Shown here: positions 1 through 7,190 of the stretch, in pieces
How positions within the stretch are numbered: position 1 is the stretch's first letter
How the letters are laid out: the number at the start of each line of letters is the position of its first letter
Source: Candidatus Woesearchaeota archaeon
GTDB lineage: Archaea; Nanobdellota; Nanobdellia; Pacearchaeales; GW2011-AR1
Assembly: GCA_964407005.1 (NCBI GenBank)
Contig: CAYOTW010000003.1
Span: 1 to 32,251, forward strand
Direction of reading: 5' to 3'
Length of the DNA stretch: 32,251 nucleotides
Notes under the pieces: model-generated
Seen by the model: only the letters and a program-made list of their open reading frames with translations
What the model was told of the DNA's origin: nothing
Database searches by the model: none
Translations under genes and position numbers: made by a program

Positions 1-231
1 AATATACAAAAAATCGTTTCAAATACTGCAAAAAGAGCAGGGCTAAAAAAGGAAGTCCATTGCCACACACTAAGACATAGTTTTGCAACACATCTTTTAG
101 AGAACAATGTGGACATAAGAAAAATCCAGGAACTGTTAGGGCACAGTAATTTAGCAACAACCCAGATTTATACTCACATCTCTTCAGAAGAACTTAAAAA
201 AATAAAATCCCCTCTAGACAATTTATTTTAA
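1..231 (+). CDS. Tyrosine recombinase (XerA/XerCD-like), C-terminal fragment; 5' end lies outside the window
   Basis: Frame-1 translation reads [76 protein letters not shown], stop TAA at 229-231. HxLRHSFAT, LLGH and the catalytic Tyr in IYTH are the box II signature of tyrosine recombinases. Absent from the ORF track because it has no in-window ATG. Confidence 0.85.
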   Translation, partial: NIQKIVSNTAKRAGLKKEVHCHTLRHSFATHLLENNVDIRKIQELLGHSNLATTQIYTHISSEELKKIKSPLDNLF

Positions 232-446
232 AAATAATCAAAAATTTGATAAACTGCTGAAAAATATGCAATCATTCGCGGAATTTCAATAACTGCAATT
301 TTTTTGATATCTGCTGAATTCAATTTCCTATTCCTCCATAACCTATACCCGAGATCTATGCTAGAACCTGGCAAAAAACATAACTCCACTGCTTTTTTAG
401 TTGCGTCTAACCCGTTTAATTCTTCAAGTTTTTGCTTCATTTTCAA
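228..446 (-). CDS. Hypothetical 72-aa protein
   Basis: ORF only. It is convergent with the recombinase and its start overlaps the end of the upstream ORF by 23 nt. No recognisable motif. Confidence 0.25.
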   Translation of the reverse strand: MKMKQKLEELNGLDATKKAVELCFLPGSSIDLGYRLWRNRKLNSADIKKIAVIEIPRMIAYFSAVYQIFDYF

Positions 447-879
447 TTTCCTTTAAATAATCCAAAATTTTCAAACCCTCTTTTCCATGAATTTCCATTT
501 TAATTTCCTTCTCTGTTTCATCACACTCAATTGTCCTCATTTCCTCAATACTTAATCCCCTCGCTTTCTTAACAAAACAATAATTATCACAATAAACTAT
601 TTCTTCAATTGCCTCTTCAACTTTCTCTTTTAAAAAATCAGGAGCATTATCCAGTCTTGCTTTTATTTCTTCAATTTCTTTTGCATCATCAAAATAAGAT
701 AAACATCCTTTTTGGTTAGAACAAGGCAGAGTAGAGTTCATAGAATTTTCAGAAACACAAATTCTTAATGTTTCAAAAACATGATATTCATAAAAATAAT
801 AGGCAGTTCCTCCTCCAATAGCCAATAAAACCCCGAAGACAATTCCTACAATCAGTAAAACTGAACCTTTACCATTCAT
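424..879 (-). CDS. Hypothetical membrane-anchored, Cys-rich, acidic protein
   Basis: The ORF track gives 424-954. I prefer Met26 (ATG at 879-877, MNGKGSVLLIVGIVFGVLLAIGG = N-terminal TM helix). A TTTATAAT box lies about 25 nt upstream, and this start removes the overlap with the divergent ORF at 940. Confidence 0.5.
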   Translation of the reverse strand: MNGKGSVLLIVGIVFGVLLAIGGGTAYYFYEYHVFETLRICVSENSMNSTLPCSNQKGCLSYFDDAKEIEEIKARLDNAPDFLKEKVEEAIEEIVYCDNYCFVKKARGLSIEEMRTIECDETEKEIKMEIHGKEGLKILDYLKEIENEAKT

Positions 880-939
880 ATTAAAATATATATTATAAAC
901 ATTATAAATCTTTTTATACTCTGCTTTTGATTTTTTAAT

Positions 940-1323
940 ATGACACAATTTCAAAATATTCCCTTACAAAAACAAGACGCAATTTCAACAGTCCTCGGCA
1001 ATCTTTGTGGAAGGTTAAGAAATATAACAATTTATAAAGATTATGTGGAAGGGAAATGCGTTCTTAAAAAAGGACCTTGTTCAAGCAAATTACCTATGTC
1101 TGAACATGCTGCAAAAAATTGCAACTATATTAAAGAGACTTATCGCTCATTACCCTTTAAAGAACATCTTAGGTTCATTGACGATTGCAGTCTTGCAGGA
1201 ATCAAAAAAGAAGATTTAGTGAGAAAATTAGATTCAATTCCAACTAGCTTTTGGTCAAGTCTTTTAGACAGAGATACAAGGGAAAATGACCAAGCGTTTA
1301 CAGATAAATTTTATGCAGATTAA
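940..1323 (+). CDS. Hypothetical 127-aa protein
   Basis: ORF only, with no motif recognised. It sits 32 nt upstream of the recombinase-domain gene on the same strand. Confidence 0.45.
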   Translation: MTQFQNIPLQKQDAISTVLGNLCGRLRNITIYKDYVEGKCVLKKGPCSSKLPMSEHAAKNCNYIKETYRSLPFKEHLRFIDDCSLAGIKKEDLVRKLDSIPTSFWSSLLDRDTRENDQAFTDKFYAD

Positions 1324-1354
1324 ACTATTTAAACCACCCATTCCTTAGTTTTTC

Positions 1355-1888
1355 ATGACATGTGAAAAATGTGGCTATAAAGATAAAAAAGAGGTTAAGA
1401 TTTTTGAAACATCTTTATGCAGGGTTTGCGCAACATTCTCCCCTAAAAATAATAAAATGTTTGAAAAATATATTTCAGAAAAACTAGACTGGAAAAGTTT
1501 AGAAACTTTTAGAAAATATAATCAATCTCCGGGCGAAAGACAAAAACAAGGAATGAATAACAAAGCTAAAATCGGAAAAATCGTAACAAGAGCCCCTTTT
1601 GGATATGATGTTATCGAGGGCAATTTAGTTCCAAATGAAGATTCAGCAAGACTCCATTCTTTATTTAAAACATTTTTAAATCGCCCGTATTCTCTAAACT
1701 CCTTAGCAAAAAATTTCTCCTTATCTGTAAATGGATTAAAGAAAATTCTAACAAACAGGACATACCTAGGAGAAATAAAATTTGCAGGAAATCTTTACAA
1801 AGGAACTCACAAGCCCCTTGTTTCAGCAGAAATCTTTTATGCCACTCAAAGAAAACTCAACGAAATTCTAAGATCTAAACAATCTTAA
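1355..1888 (+). CDS. Zn-ribbon plus serine-recombinase 'Recombinase' (DNA-binding) domain protein without a resolvase catalytic domain
   Basis: N-terminus is CxxC-x16-CxxC (CEKCGYK...CRVCATF). The segment APFGYDVIEGNLVPNEDSARLHSLFKTFLNRPYSLNSLAKNF...LKKILTNRTYLGEI...HKPLVSAEIFYATQRKL follows the PFGY / NE-EA / IL-N-Y-G / H-I-F-VQ pattern of the domain that follows the catalytic domain in large serine recombinases. No YxRVS-type Ser-nucleophile region is present. Confidence 0.7.
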   Translation: MTCEKCGYKDKKEVKIFETSLCRVCATFSPKNNKMFEKYISEKLDWKSLETFRKYNQSPGERQKQGMNNKAKIGKIVTRAPFGYDVIEGNLVPNEDSARLHSLFKTFLNRPYSLNSLAKNFSLSVNGLKKILTNRTYLGEIKFAGNLYKGTHKPLVSAEIFYATQRKLNEILRSKQS

Positions 1889-1976
1889 ATTTTATTAAAT
1901 CCTCATCTTATTCAATAACTCTTTTCATACTATGGTTAAAAAACATAAAACCTCTTCAAAAATCTAAAATTAAAAT

Positions 1977-2390
1977 CTATCTATAACTGGTCTGTCTATT
2001 TGCCCTTGCTTTTGAATCGCCTGGCTTATATGACTCTTTCCTTCTAATATCTGCAATTAACATATTTCTATCATATGCAAGATAAGCCTCTTTCAATTTT
2101 TCACTTTTCTTAAATTCTACAATTGCTCTTGCAATCGCCAATCTTGAAGCCTCAATCTGAGAACTCATCCCTCCCCCCTTAACATTAACAGAAATATTAA
2201 AATCTAATTTTCCTAAAATTTCTTTTGCAATTAAAATAGGTTCCAAAATTTCTAATCTTTTCAACTCATGTAAACTCGCTATATCCTTTTTATTAATTAC
2301 AATCTTTCCCTCACCTGCTTTGATAGTTGCTTTAGCAATTGCAGTCTTTCTTTTTCCTGTAATAACTAAATTCTTTTCAATCTTTGCCAT
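1977..2390 (-). CDS. rps9: 30S ribosomal protein S9 (uS9)
   Basis: GKRKTAIAKA...GGGMSSQIEASRLAIARAIV... with C-terminal RQTSYR. Position after L13 matches the conserved order. Confidence 0.95.
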   Translation of the reverse strand: MAKIEKNLVITGKRKTAIAKATIKAGEGKIVINKKDIASLHELKRLEILEPILIAKEILGKLDFNISVNVKGGGMSSQIEASRLAIARAIVEFKKSEKLKEAYLAYDRNMLIADIRRKESYKPGDSKARANRQTSYR

Positions 2391-2794
2391 TATCCTAATG
2401 CCTCACTAATCTGTTTAATTGTAACTTTTTTTAGGGGCCGATTATGTTTTAAAACTATAACATTTTTCATTTCTTCCTCACTCAAGTCATTTCCAGAATA
2501 ACATCTCAGCCGTTTAAAAGCATCTCTTCCCCTTGCTTTATCCCATGGCAACATTCCCCTAATCATTCGTTTTAAGACTCTCTCAGGCAATCTAGAGACT
2601 CTTGGACCCTTTCTACTAGTTCCACCCATTGCTCTTAATTTTTCAACCTTTGAAATAGCTACTTTTTTATTTCCCGAGATTATTGCTTTATCTGAATTAA
2701 TAATATCCACACTATTCCCTTTTAACAATTCCTTTGCCGCAAAACTACCAAGTCTTCCTACAATTGCATTTTCACCATTAACTATAACTTTCAT
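2390..2794 (-). CDS. rpl13: 50S ribosomal protein L13 (uL13)
   Basis: IVGRLGSFAAKELLKG...RMIRGMLPW...G motifs. Its stop and the rps9 start overlap by 1 nt. Confidence 0.93.
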   Translation of the reverse strand: MKVIVNGENAIVGRLGSFAAKELLKGNSVDIINSDKAIISGNKKVAISKVEKLRAMGGTSRKGPRVSRLPERVLKRMIRGMLPWDKARGRDAFKRLRCYSGNDLSEEEMKNVIVLKHNRPLKKVTIKQISEALG

Positions 2795-3144
2795 CTCAAG
2801 ACCTCCAGCCCTTTCAACTCAGGATTTTTCTTAATTTCTTCAACAACTTCAACAAAATTTCCACCAGCTTTCTTTATTTTTTCTTTAGCCTTATCACTAG
2901 CATCCCATGCCACTACTTTGATTTTTTTATCAAATTCACCAAAAGATAAAACCTTTCCAGGAACAAAAACATCTTTTCCTAATTCAGAAATTTTGTATAA
3001 ATTTACTCCAGCCCACAATCTTTTTGGCATTGCTAAAAGTTTTGCAGCTTCAGGATTTTTCTTTTTCAATTTAATGATAGCCTCGACTAGAATTGGATTA
3101 TTCTTCTTTTGCATTCTTTTTTCAATTTTTGTTTTACTAACCAT
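2791..3144 (-). CDS. rpl18e: 50S ribosomal protein L18e (eL18)
   Basis: 117 aa, basic, with NPILVEAIIKLKK...VPGKVLSFGE pattern. Sits in the conserved L18e-L13-S9 order and has a 4-nt overlap with rpl13. Confidence 0.88.
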   Translation of the reverse strand: MVSKTKIEKRMQKKNNPILVEAIIKLKKKNPEAAKLLAMPKRLWAGVNLYKISELGKDVFVPGKVLSFGEFDKKIKVVAWDASDKAKEKIKKAGGNFVEVVEEIKKNPELKGLEVLR

Positions 3145-3171
3145 TTTTTATTCTCTAATTCCTAAGTACAA

Positions 3172-3285
3172 GCCATTTGCTCTTGACTATCCTTTCTTCC
3201 ACTTCAAGAGTGAATTCGGGGAGAGCGAGCCATTTGCTCTTGACTATCCTTTCTTCCACTTCAAGAGTGAATGGGGAGAGAAGGA
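3172..3285 (-). repeat. 57-nt tandem duplication (2 copies: 3172-3228 and 3229-3285) carrying a degenerate second copy of the tRNA-Leu 3' end
   Basis: Plus-strand unit gccatttgctcttgactatcctttcttccacttcaagagtgaa occurs twice exactly. Copy 2 ends in the true tRNA 3' end (tggggagagaagga). Copy 1 ends in tcggggagagcga. Each unit holds a 7-bp hairpin, ctcttga-N17-tcaagag. Confidence 0.9.
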
Positions 3286-3356
3286 TTCGAACCCTCGCAG
3301 GCATTTAAACCAACGCGGCCTTAACGCGTCCCGTTTGACCGCTCCGGCATCTCCCC
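3272..3356 (-). tRNA. tRNA-Leu (class II, long variable arm); anticodon reads AAG in the only 5-bp-stem/7-nt-loop fold
   Basis: Minus strand: GGGGAGA TG CCG GAGCGGTCAAA CGG G ACGCG TTAAGGC CGCGT TGGTTTAAATGCCTGC GAGGG TTCGAAT CCTTC TCTCCCC A (85 nt). It lies between rpoD and rpl18e, where a tRNA-Leu is found in other archaea. Confidence 0.85.
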
Positions 3357-4064
3357 TTATTTCAAAGCCTTTACAACTTCTGAAATATTTGATTTTAGTG
3401 CCTTACAAGATTCAATAAATACATCCTTTACTGTAATCTGTCCCCAAGATTCAATATAAAATATTAAATCATCTTTCAACTCAATTTCCACTCCAGGATA
3501 TTCTTTCATATCTTCGTGATCTAAATCACATTTCCACTCATCAATAACTTTTAATTTATCTTCAAATGAAAAAATTTCAGGATATAATTCAGCCAATTCT
3601 TTTTGTTTCTCGCCTTCTTTAGAAATTTTTATATCTGGCCGATGTTTATAATATATCAATCCCGGAAGATGCTTTGCATGGTCTTTACCAGTTCCCACTT
3701 TTGCTCTTGCAACTACCTCTACTTCCTGACCTTTCTCTAAAATTACAATTGGCATTTCTCCAAAAACAACATTTTCCCCTAATTCTCCTGAAAGGACCAC
3801 TCCACTATCTTCCTTAGCCTTGACTTTTAATTTCATTTCAACACTTCCGTCTTTTTTCAATTTCTGATTTTTTAATGGAACTAATCCCAATCTGCTTGCT
3901 ACAACTTCATCATATAATGCCGTATCATTTTTGTAAATATCTACTTCTTCAATAGCAAGGGTTTCTACCTCATTTAAACTCCTTCTTATAGCATTAGCTA
4001 AAGAAATATTCATATCGGTTTTAATAACCATCTTCTCATTATTTTTTTCTAGTGCTTCCATCAT
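3357..4064 (-). CDS. rpoD: DNA-directed RNA polymerase subunit D (Rpo3)
   Basis: N-terminal ...ISLANAIRRSLNEVETLAIEEVDIYKNDTALYDEVVASRLGLVPLK is typical of Rpb3/RpoD. Position after S11 fits. Confidence 0.9.
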   Translation of the reverse strand: MMEALEKNNEKMVIKTDMNISLANAIRRSLNEVETLAIEEVDIYKNDTALYDEVVASRLGLVPLKNQKLKKDGSVEMKLKVKAKEDSGVVLSGELGENVVFGEMPIVILEKGQEVEVVARAKVGTGKDHAKHLPGLIYYKHRPDIKISKEGEKQKELAELYPEIFSFEDKLKVIDEWKCDLDHEDMKEYPGVEIELKDDLIFYIESWGQITVKDVFIESCKALKSNISEVVKALK

Positions 4065-4095
4065 TTTAATTCACAAACTTAATTTTTAAAGTTAT

Positions 4096-4482
4096 TTATA
4101 CTCTCCTTCCTCTCCTTCCGCCTTTCTTCTTTGGCCCTCCTCGTGGAACCTTTGTGACATCAGAGATACTTATGATTTTAAATCCTTCTTTTGTTAATGT
4201 TCTAACAACCGCATGTGCTCCAGGGCCTGACCCAGCTGCACCGGTTTTTCCTCTAATTCTAACATAAAATTCTGTCATCCCCTGATCTTTTGCCATGCCT
4301 GCTAATCTTTTTCCAATAAACATCGCAATAGTTGGGTTTGCTTTTAGACGATTGTGTTTAGTAACCTGCCCTCCAGAAATTCTTCCAACTGTATTTCCTG
4401 CTAGGTCTGTAATTTGCGCAATTGTATTATTAAAACTCGTATGAATTGAAATTATTCCTGTTCCCTCATTCTTTTTTGCCAT
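4096..4482 (-). CDS. rps11: 30S ribosomal protein S11 (uS11)
   Basis: IHTSFNNTIAQITDLAGN...GPGAHAVVRTL...G and a C-terminal GGRRGRRV tail. Confidence 0.95.
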   Translation of the reverse strand: MAKKNEGTGIISIHTSFNNTIAQITDLAGNTVGRISGGQVTKHNRLKANPTIAMFIGKRLAGMAKDQGMTEFYVRIRGKTGAAGSGPGAHAVVRTLTKEGFKIISISDVTKVPRGGPKKKGGRRGRRV

Positions 4483-4963
4483 CTTCTACCTCCACTGTTT
4501 GAACTTGCTTATTTTCTTTAATCTTTAATTTATTTTCTAAATCTACTGTTACTGTAAATGAAGGGATGTTCACAATATTTTCATCAACTAAAACTTTTTT
4601 ATGGACAATAAGTTGTCTTGCTTGTTTTGGAGTATTTGCAAAACCTTTTTTATAAATAAAAGTCTGCAATCTTCTGCCCAACCAATCTTCTTCAGTCAAT
4701 GCTAAAACATCAGAGATATCAACAACCTTAAATCCTAACCTATTTAACTTTTCAAAAAATTCTTTTTGGTCTTCTTTTCCTTTAGCAATTAACATTTTAG
4801 CTCTTCTTCTAATTTTAGAAATCTCACTTTTTGCTTTCCAAACTTCTTTTTTATTTTTTAATCCAAATTCCTTTATAATTTTGTTCTCACTAGTAATTCT
4901 TTCACTGTCAAACAACATTTTTGGTGTTGTATATTTTTTACGTTTTCTTTTTATATCTCCCAT
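4466..4963 (-). CDS. rps4: 30S ribosomal protein S4 (uS4)
   Basis: GDIKRKRKKYTTP...S4 domain ...ARQLIVHKKVLVDENIVNIPSF. Conserved S13-S4-S11 order. Confidence 0.93.
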   Translation of the reverse strand: MGDIKRKRKKYTTPKMLFDSERITSENKIIKEFGLKNKKEVWKAKSEISKIRRRAKMLIAKGKEDQKEFFEKLNRLGFKVVDISDVLALTEEDWLGRRLQTFIYKKGFANTPKQARQLIVHKKVLVDENIVNIPSFTVTVDLENKLKIKENKQVQTVEVEDGKKE

Positions 4964-4964
4964 A

Positions 4965-5429
4965 TTATTTCTTCTTTATTCCTGTTGCTCCTTTTCGTTT
5001 ATTTTTCCTAAAGTTTGCCTTTGTTCTCTGGCCCCTTACAGGAAGACCCAACCCGTGTCGTATGCCCTTATAAGATTTAATCTTCCTCTGTCTTTTTATA
5101 TCAAATTCTTTTCTTAAATTTAAATCAGAACCATGAAAATGCAAATCCTCTCCAGAATCTAAATCTTTTTGCCTATTCATTAGAAAAGACAGAATCTCTG
5201 GATTTGACATGAATTCTGTGATTTTTTCAATATCTTCTTTTGATAAATCTTGTATTTGTTTGTCGACATCAATATTTAATTTTCTACAAATTGCATTTGA
5301 AATTGCCCAAGAAATCCCTTTAATTTTTGTAAGTCCCACTAAAACTTTTTTGTCTCCTCTGATATCTTTTGCGAGGATTCTAACTAACCTTACTTCTTGC
5401 TCTTCTTGATTTCTTTGTTCTGCCATCAT
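4965..5429 (-). CDS. rps13: 30S ribosomal protein S13 (uS13)
   Basis: VRILAKDIRGDKKVLVGLTKIKGI...YKGIRHGLGLPVRGQRTKAN. Confidence 0.95.
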   Translation of the reverse strand: MMAEQRNQEEQEVRLVRILAKDIRGDKKVLVGLTKIKGISWAISNAICRKLNIDVDKQIQDLSKEDIEKITEFMSNPEILSFLMNRQKDLDSGEDLHFHGSDLNLRKEFDIKRQRKIKSYKGIRHGLGLPVRGQRTKANFRKNKRKGATGIKKK

Positions 5430-5962
5430 TTTATAAATAGATTATGCCTTTGAATCTCTGTTAGTTCCTCAAAGATCCTTTTTTCTATAGCTTTTTTAGG
5501 ATCAGGAATGTTTGTTACCCTTTCCTTAACATCTTCAAAGCTTTGAAATTCTTTGTCTTTCCTCGCTTCTAATATTGCCTTTGCATGCTTTTTACCAAAT
5601 CCTGGAAGCAACTCAAATTGATGCAACCGAGTATTCATTGCTTGGGCTTTATTAAAAAACTCTACAAATTTTGATTCGTTTTCTTCAACTTGTGAATGTA
5701 TAAACTCTTCTAACTGACTTTTTGCAGTTTCAGTTAGATTCTCTCTTGGAAGTCTTCCAAGGATATATAAAACTTTTTCTCTTTTGCCCTCACCAATATA
5801 AACTTCTTCTTTAACATCAAAAGTCATACCTCTTCGAGGAACAATCTGTAAAAGCGTAAAATTTTTATTTCCCACAGCCTGAGCTATAGGCATCATTTTT
5901 TTCTCTAAAGGATATCCATATGGTAGGAAATCCAACACAATTGCGTATTCTTCTTTCTCCAT
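5426..5962 (-). CDS. DUF655/COG1491-type predicted RNA-binding protein (OB-like N-terminus plus helix-hairpin-helix C-terminus)
   Basis: EEYAIVLDFLPYGYP... followed by ...MNTRLHQFELLPGFGKKHAKAILEAR. Its neighbourhood next to rpoF/rpl21e is conserved in archaea. Confidence 0.75.
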   Translation of the reverse strand: MEKEEYAIVLDFLPYGYPLEKKMMPIAQAVGNKNFTLLQIVPRRGMTFDVKEEVYIGEGKREKVLYILGRLPRENLTETAKSQLEEFIHSQVEENESKFVEFFNKAQAMNTRLHQFELLPGFGKKHAKAILEARKDKEFQSFEDVKERVTNIPDPKKAIEKRIFEELTEIQRHNLFIK

Positions 5963-5964
5963 TT

Positions 5965-6267
5965 TTACTTATATTTTTTAACAACCTCAAGTATCTTGTT
6001 GACTTCATCTTGATTTAATGAAACATCTGCAATCACCTTATTAATTTCAACAGCACTTTCAGGCATAAAATCAACAATCTTCACAAGATGTTTTTCCCTT
6101 AATTTAATTAAATCTAATTGAGATAATTCCTCTTTCATTTCCTTAGCTTTTTCTACAGAGATATTTGAAAATTTTTTAATAAAAGATTTAACTTCTTTTT
6201 CTCTATCTGAATCTCCAGCTAGGTCTGCTACCTCTGCTAGTGTTAATGGTTTTGAATCTTTAATCAT
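5965..6267 (-). CDS. rpoF: RNA polymerase subunit F (Rpo4, Rpb4-like)
   Basis: 100-aa helical protein, PLTLAEVADL...KAKEMKEEL...KIVDFMPESAVEINKVI. Conserved L21e-RpoF-DUF655 order. Confidence 0.8.
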   Translation of the reverse strand: MIKDSKPLTLAEVADLAGDSDREKEVKSFIKKFSNISVEKAKEMKEELSQLDLIKLREKHLVKIVDFMPESAVEINKVIADVSLNQDEVNKILEVVKKYK

Positions 6268-6512
6268 TTTAACTCCTTTAGATGAACTGGATGAATTATA
6301 AAGGTTTTTGTTTTGTTTCCAGTTTTAATTTCTACTAATTTATGTGTTCCTCTTGAACCTTTTATAACTCCACTATTTCCTAAAAGCCTATGTGGAAAAC
6401 TTGCTCTAACTCCATATTCTCTTACAACAGACACTCTTGCTCCGTCTTCTAATTTTTTAAAGTACTTACTAAAACCAATCTTTCCTTTTTTTCTTATTCT
6501 TTTGCCTTTCAT
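6264..6512 (-). CDS. rpl21e: 50S ribosomal protein L21e (eL21)
   Basis: GKRIRKKGK...FKKLEDGARVSVV...PHRLLGNSGVIKGSRG. 4-nt overlap with rpoF. Confidence 0.9.
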   Translation of the reverse strand: MKGKRIRKKGKIGFSKYFKKLEDGARVSVVREYGVRASFPHRLLGNSGVIKGSRGTHKLVEIKTGNKTKTFIIHPVHLKELK

Positions 6513-6817
6513 TTTTTTACAATTTTTTCTGTTTCATTTAGTATCTTTTTTAGAACAGCATCAATCAACACAAAAGGATTTCTCCCTTGTGATTCTGAAT
6601 TTGCTCTCTCTCCATCAAATATAAGAAGCGCCTTTATTTCAAAAAGTTTACTATTTCCTTTTGAATGGCTTTTCATATCAATCTTGAGTTCTTCATAGTT
6701 AGCAAGTGTTTTTATTCTTTTTGCATAATTGCCAACAACCTTTCTAACAATAACCATCTCTTGGCTATCTAAATCAAATCCTTCTAACACTATGTTGCCT
6801 CCAAGGTTTTGACTCAT
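6509..6817 (-). CDS. Hypothetical 102-aa protein at the head of the L21e-RpoF operon; sequence pattern loosely resembles the HPF/RaiA (S30AE) fold
   Basis: 4-nt overlap with rpl21e. The layout NIVLEGFDLDSQEMVIVRKVVGNYAKRIKTL ... FEIKALLIFDGERANSES ... PFVLIDAVLKKILNETEK mimics the beta-alpha-beta-beta-beta-alpha layout of RaiA by eye only. Confidence 0.6.
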   Translation of the reverse strand: MSQNLGGNIVLEGFDLDSQEMVIVRKVVGNYAKRIKTLANYEELKIDMKSHSKGNSKLFEIKALLIFDGERANSESQGRNPFVLIDAVLKKILNETEKIVKK

Positions 6818-6858
6818 AAAATATCAACAAAAAATCGCTTTAAAAACCTTTTTACTCT

Positions 6859-7113
6859 TTAAAAGGAAGAAAAGTCCTGTTTTGGAATCGCTAAACTTGG
6901 ATCCTCGGGGCTTAATTCAACAGCAGCCTCTGTATTATGTGTTTCACTTACTTTTCCAAGCTCCATATTCCCCTTTTCTCTTTCTTTTTCCATTCCCGCT
7001 AATATTGCAGAAGACATCTTTGGACCCCAAACTTGATACATACATCCCTGACAAATATCAACTACTGCATCTTGAGAAATCTCAGAATTGCAATAAACAC
7101 ATTTTTTCACCAT
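6859..7113 (-). CDS. Small Zn-ribbon protein (84 aa)
   Basis: CVYC-x13-CQGC near the N-terminus with an acidic tail. AT-rich upstream region. Confidence 0.5.
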   Translation of the reverse strand: MVKKCVYCNSEISQDAVVDICQGCMYQVWGPKMSSAILAGMEKEREKGNMELGKVSETHNTEAAVELSPEDPSLAIPKQDFSSF

Positions 7114-7190
7114 CTTTCATTTTTTCAGACAACTATCTTTTTAAATCTTTTTATAAAAACCTTTAAAAACAATATTGTCTTTAAAAAATC

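Noticed and set aside
2918-3418. 166-aa plus-strand ORF from the track
   Set aside because: It is antisense to rpl18e and runs through the 57-nt tandem repeat and tRNA-Leu. Its internal peptide duplication (PFALDYPFFHFKSE twice) simply mirrors the DNA repeat.
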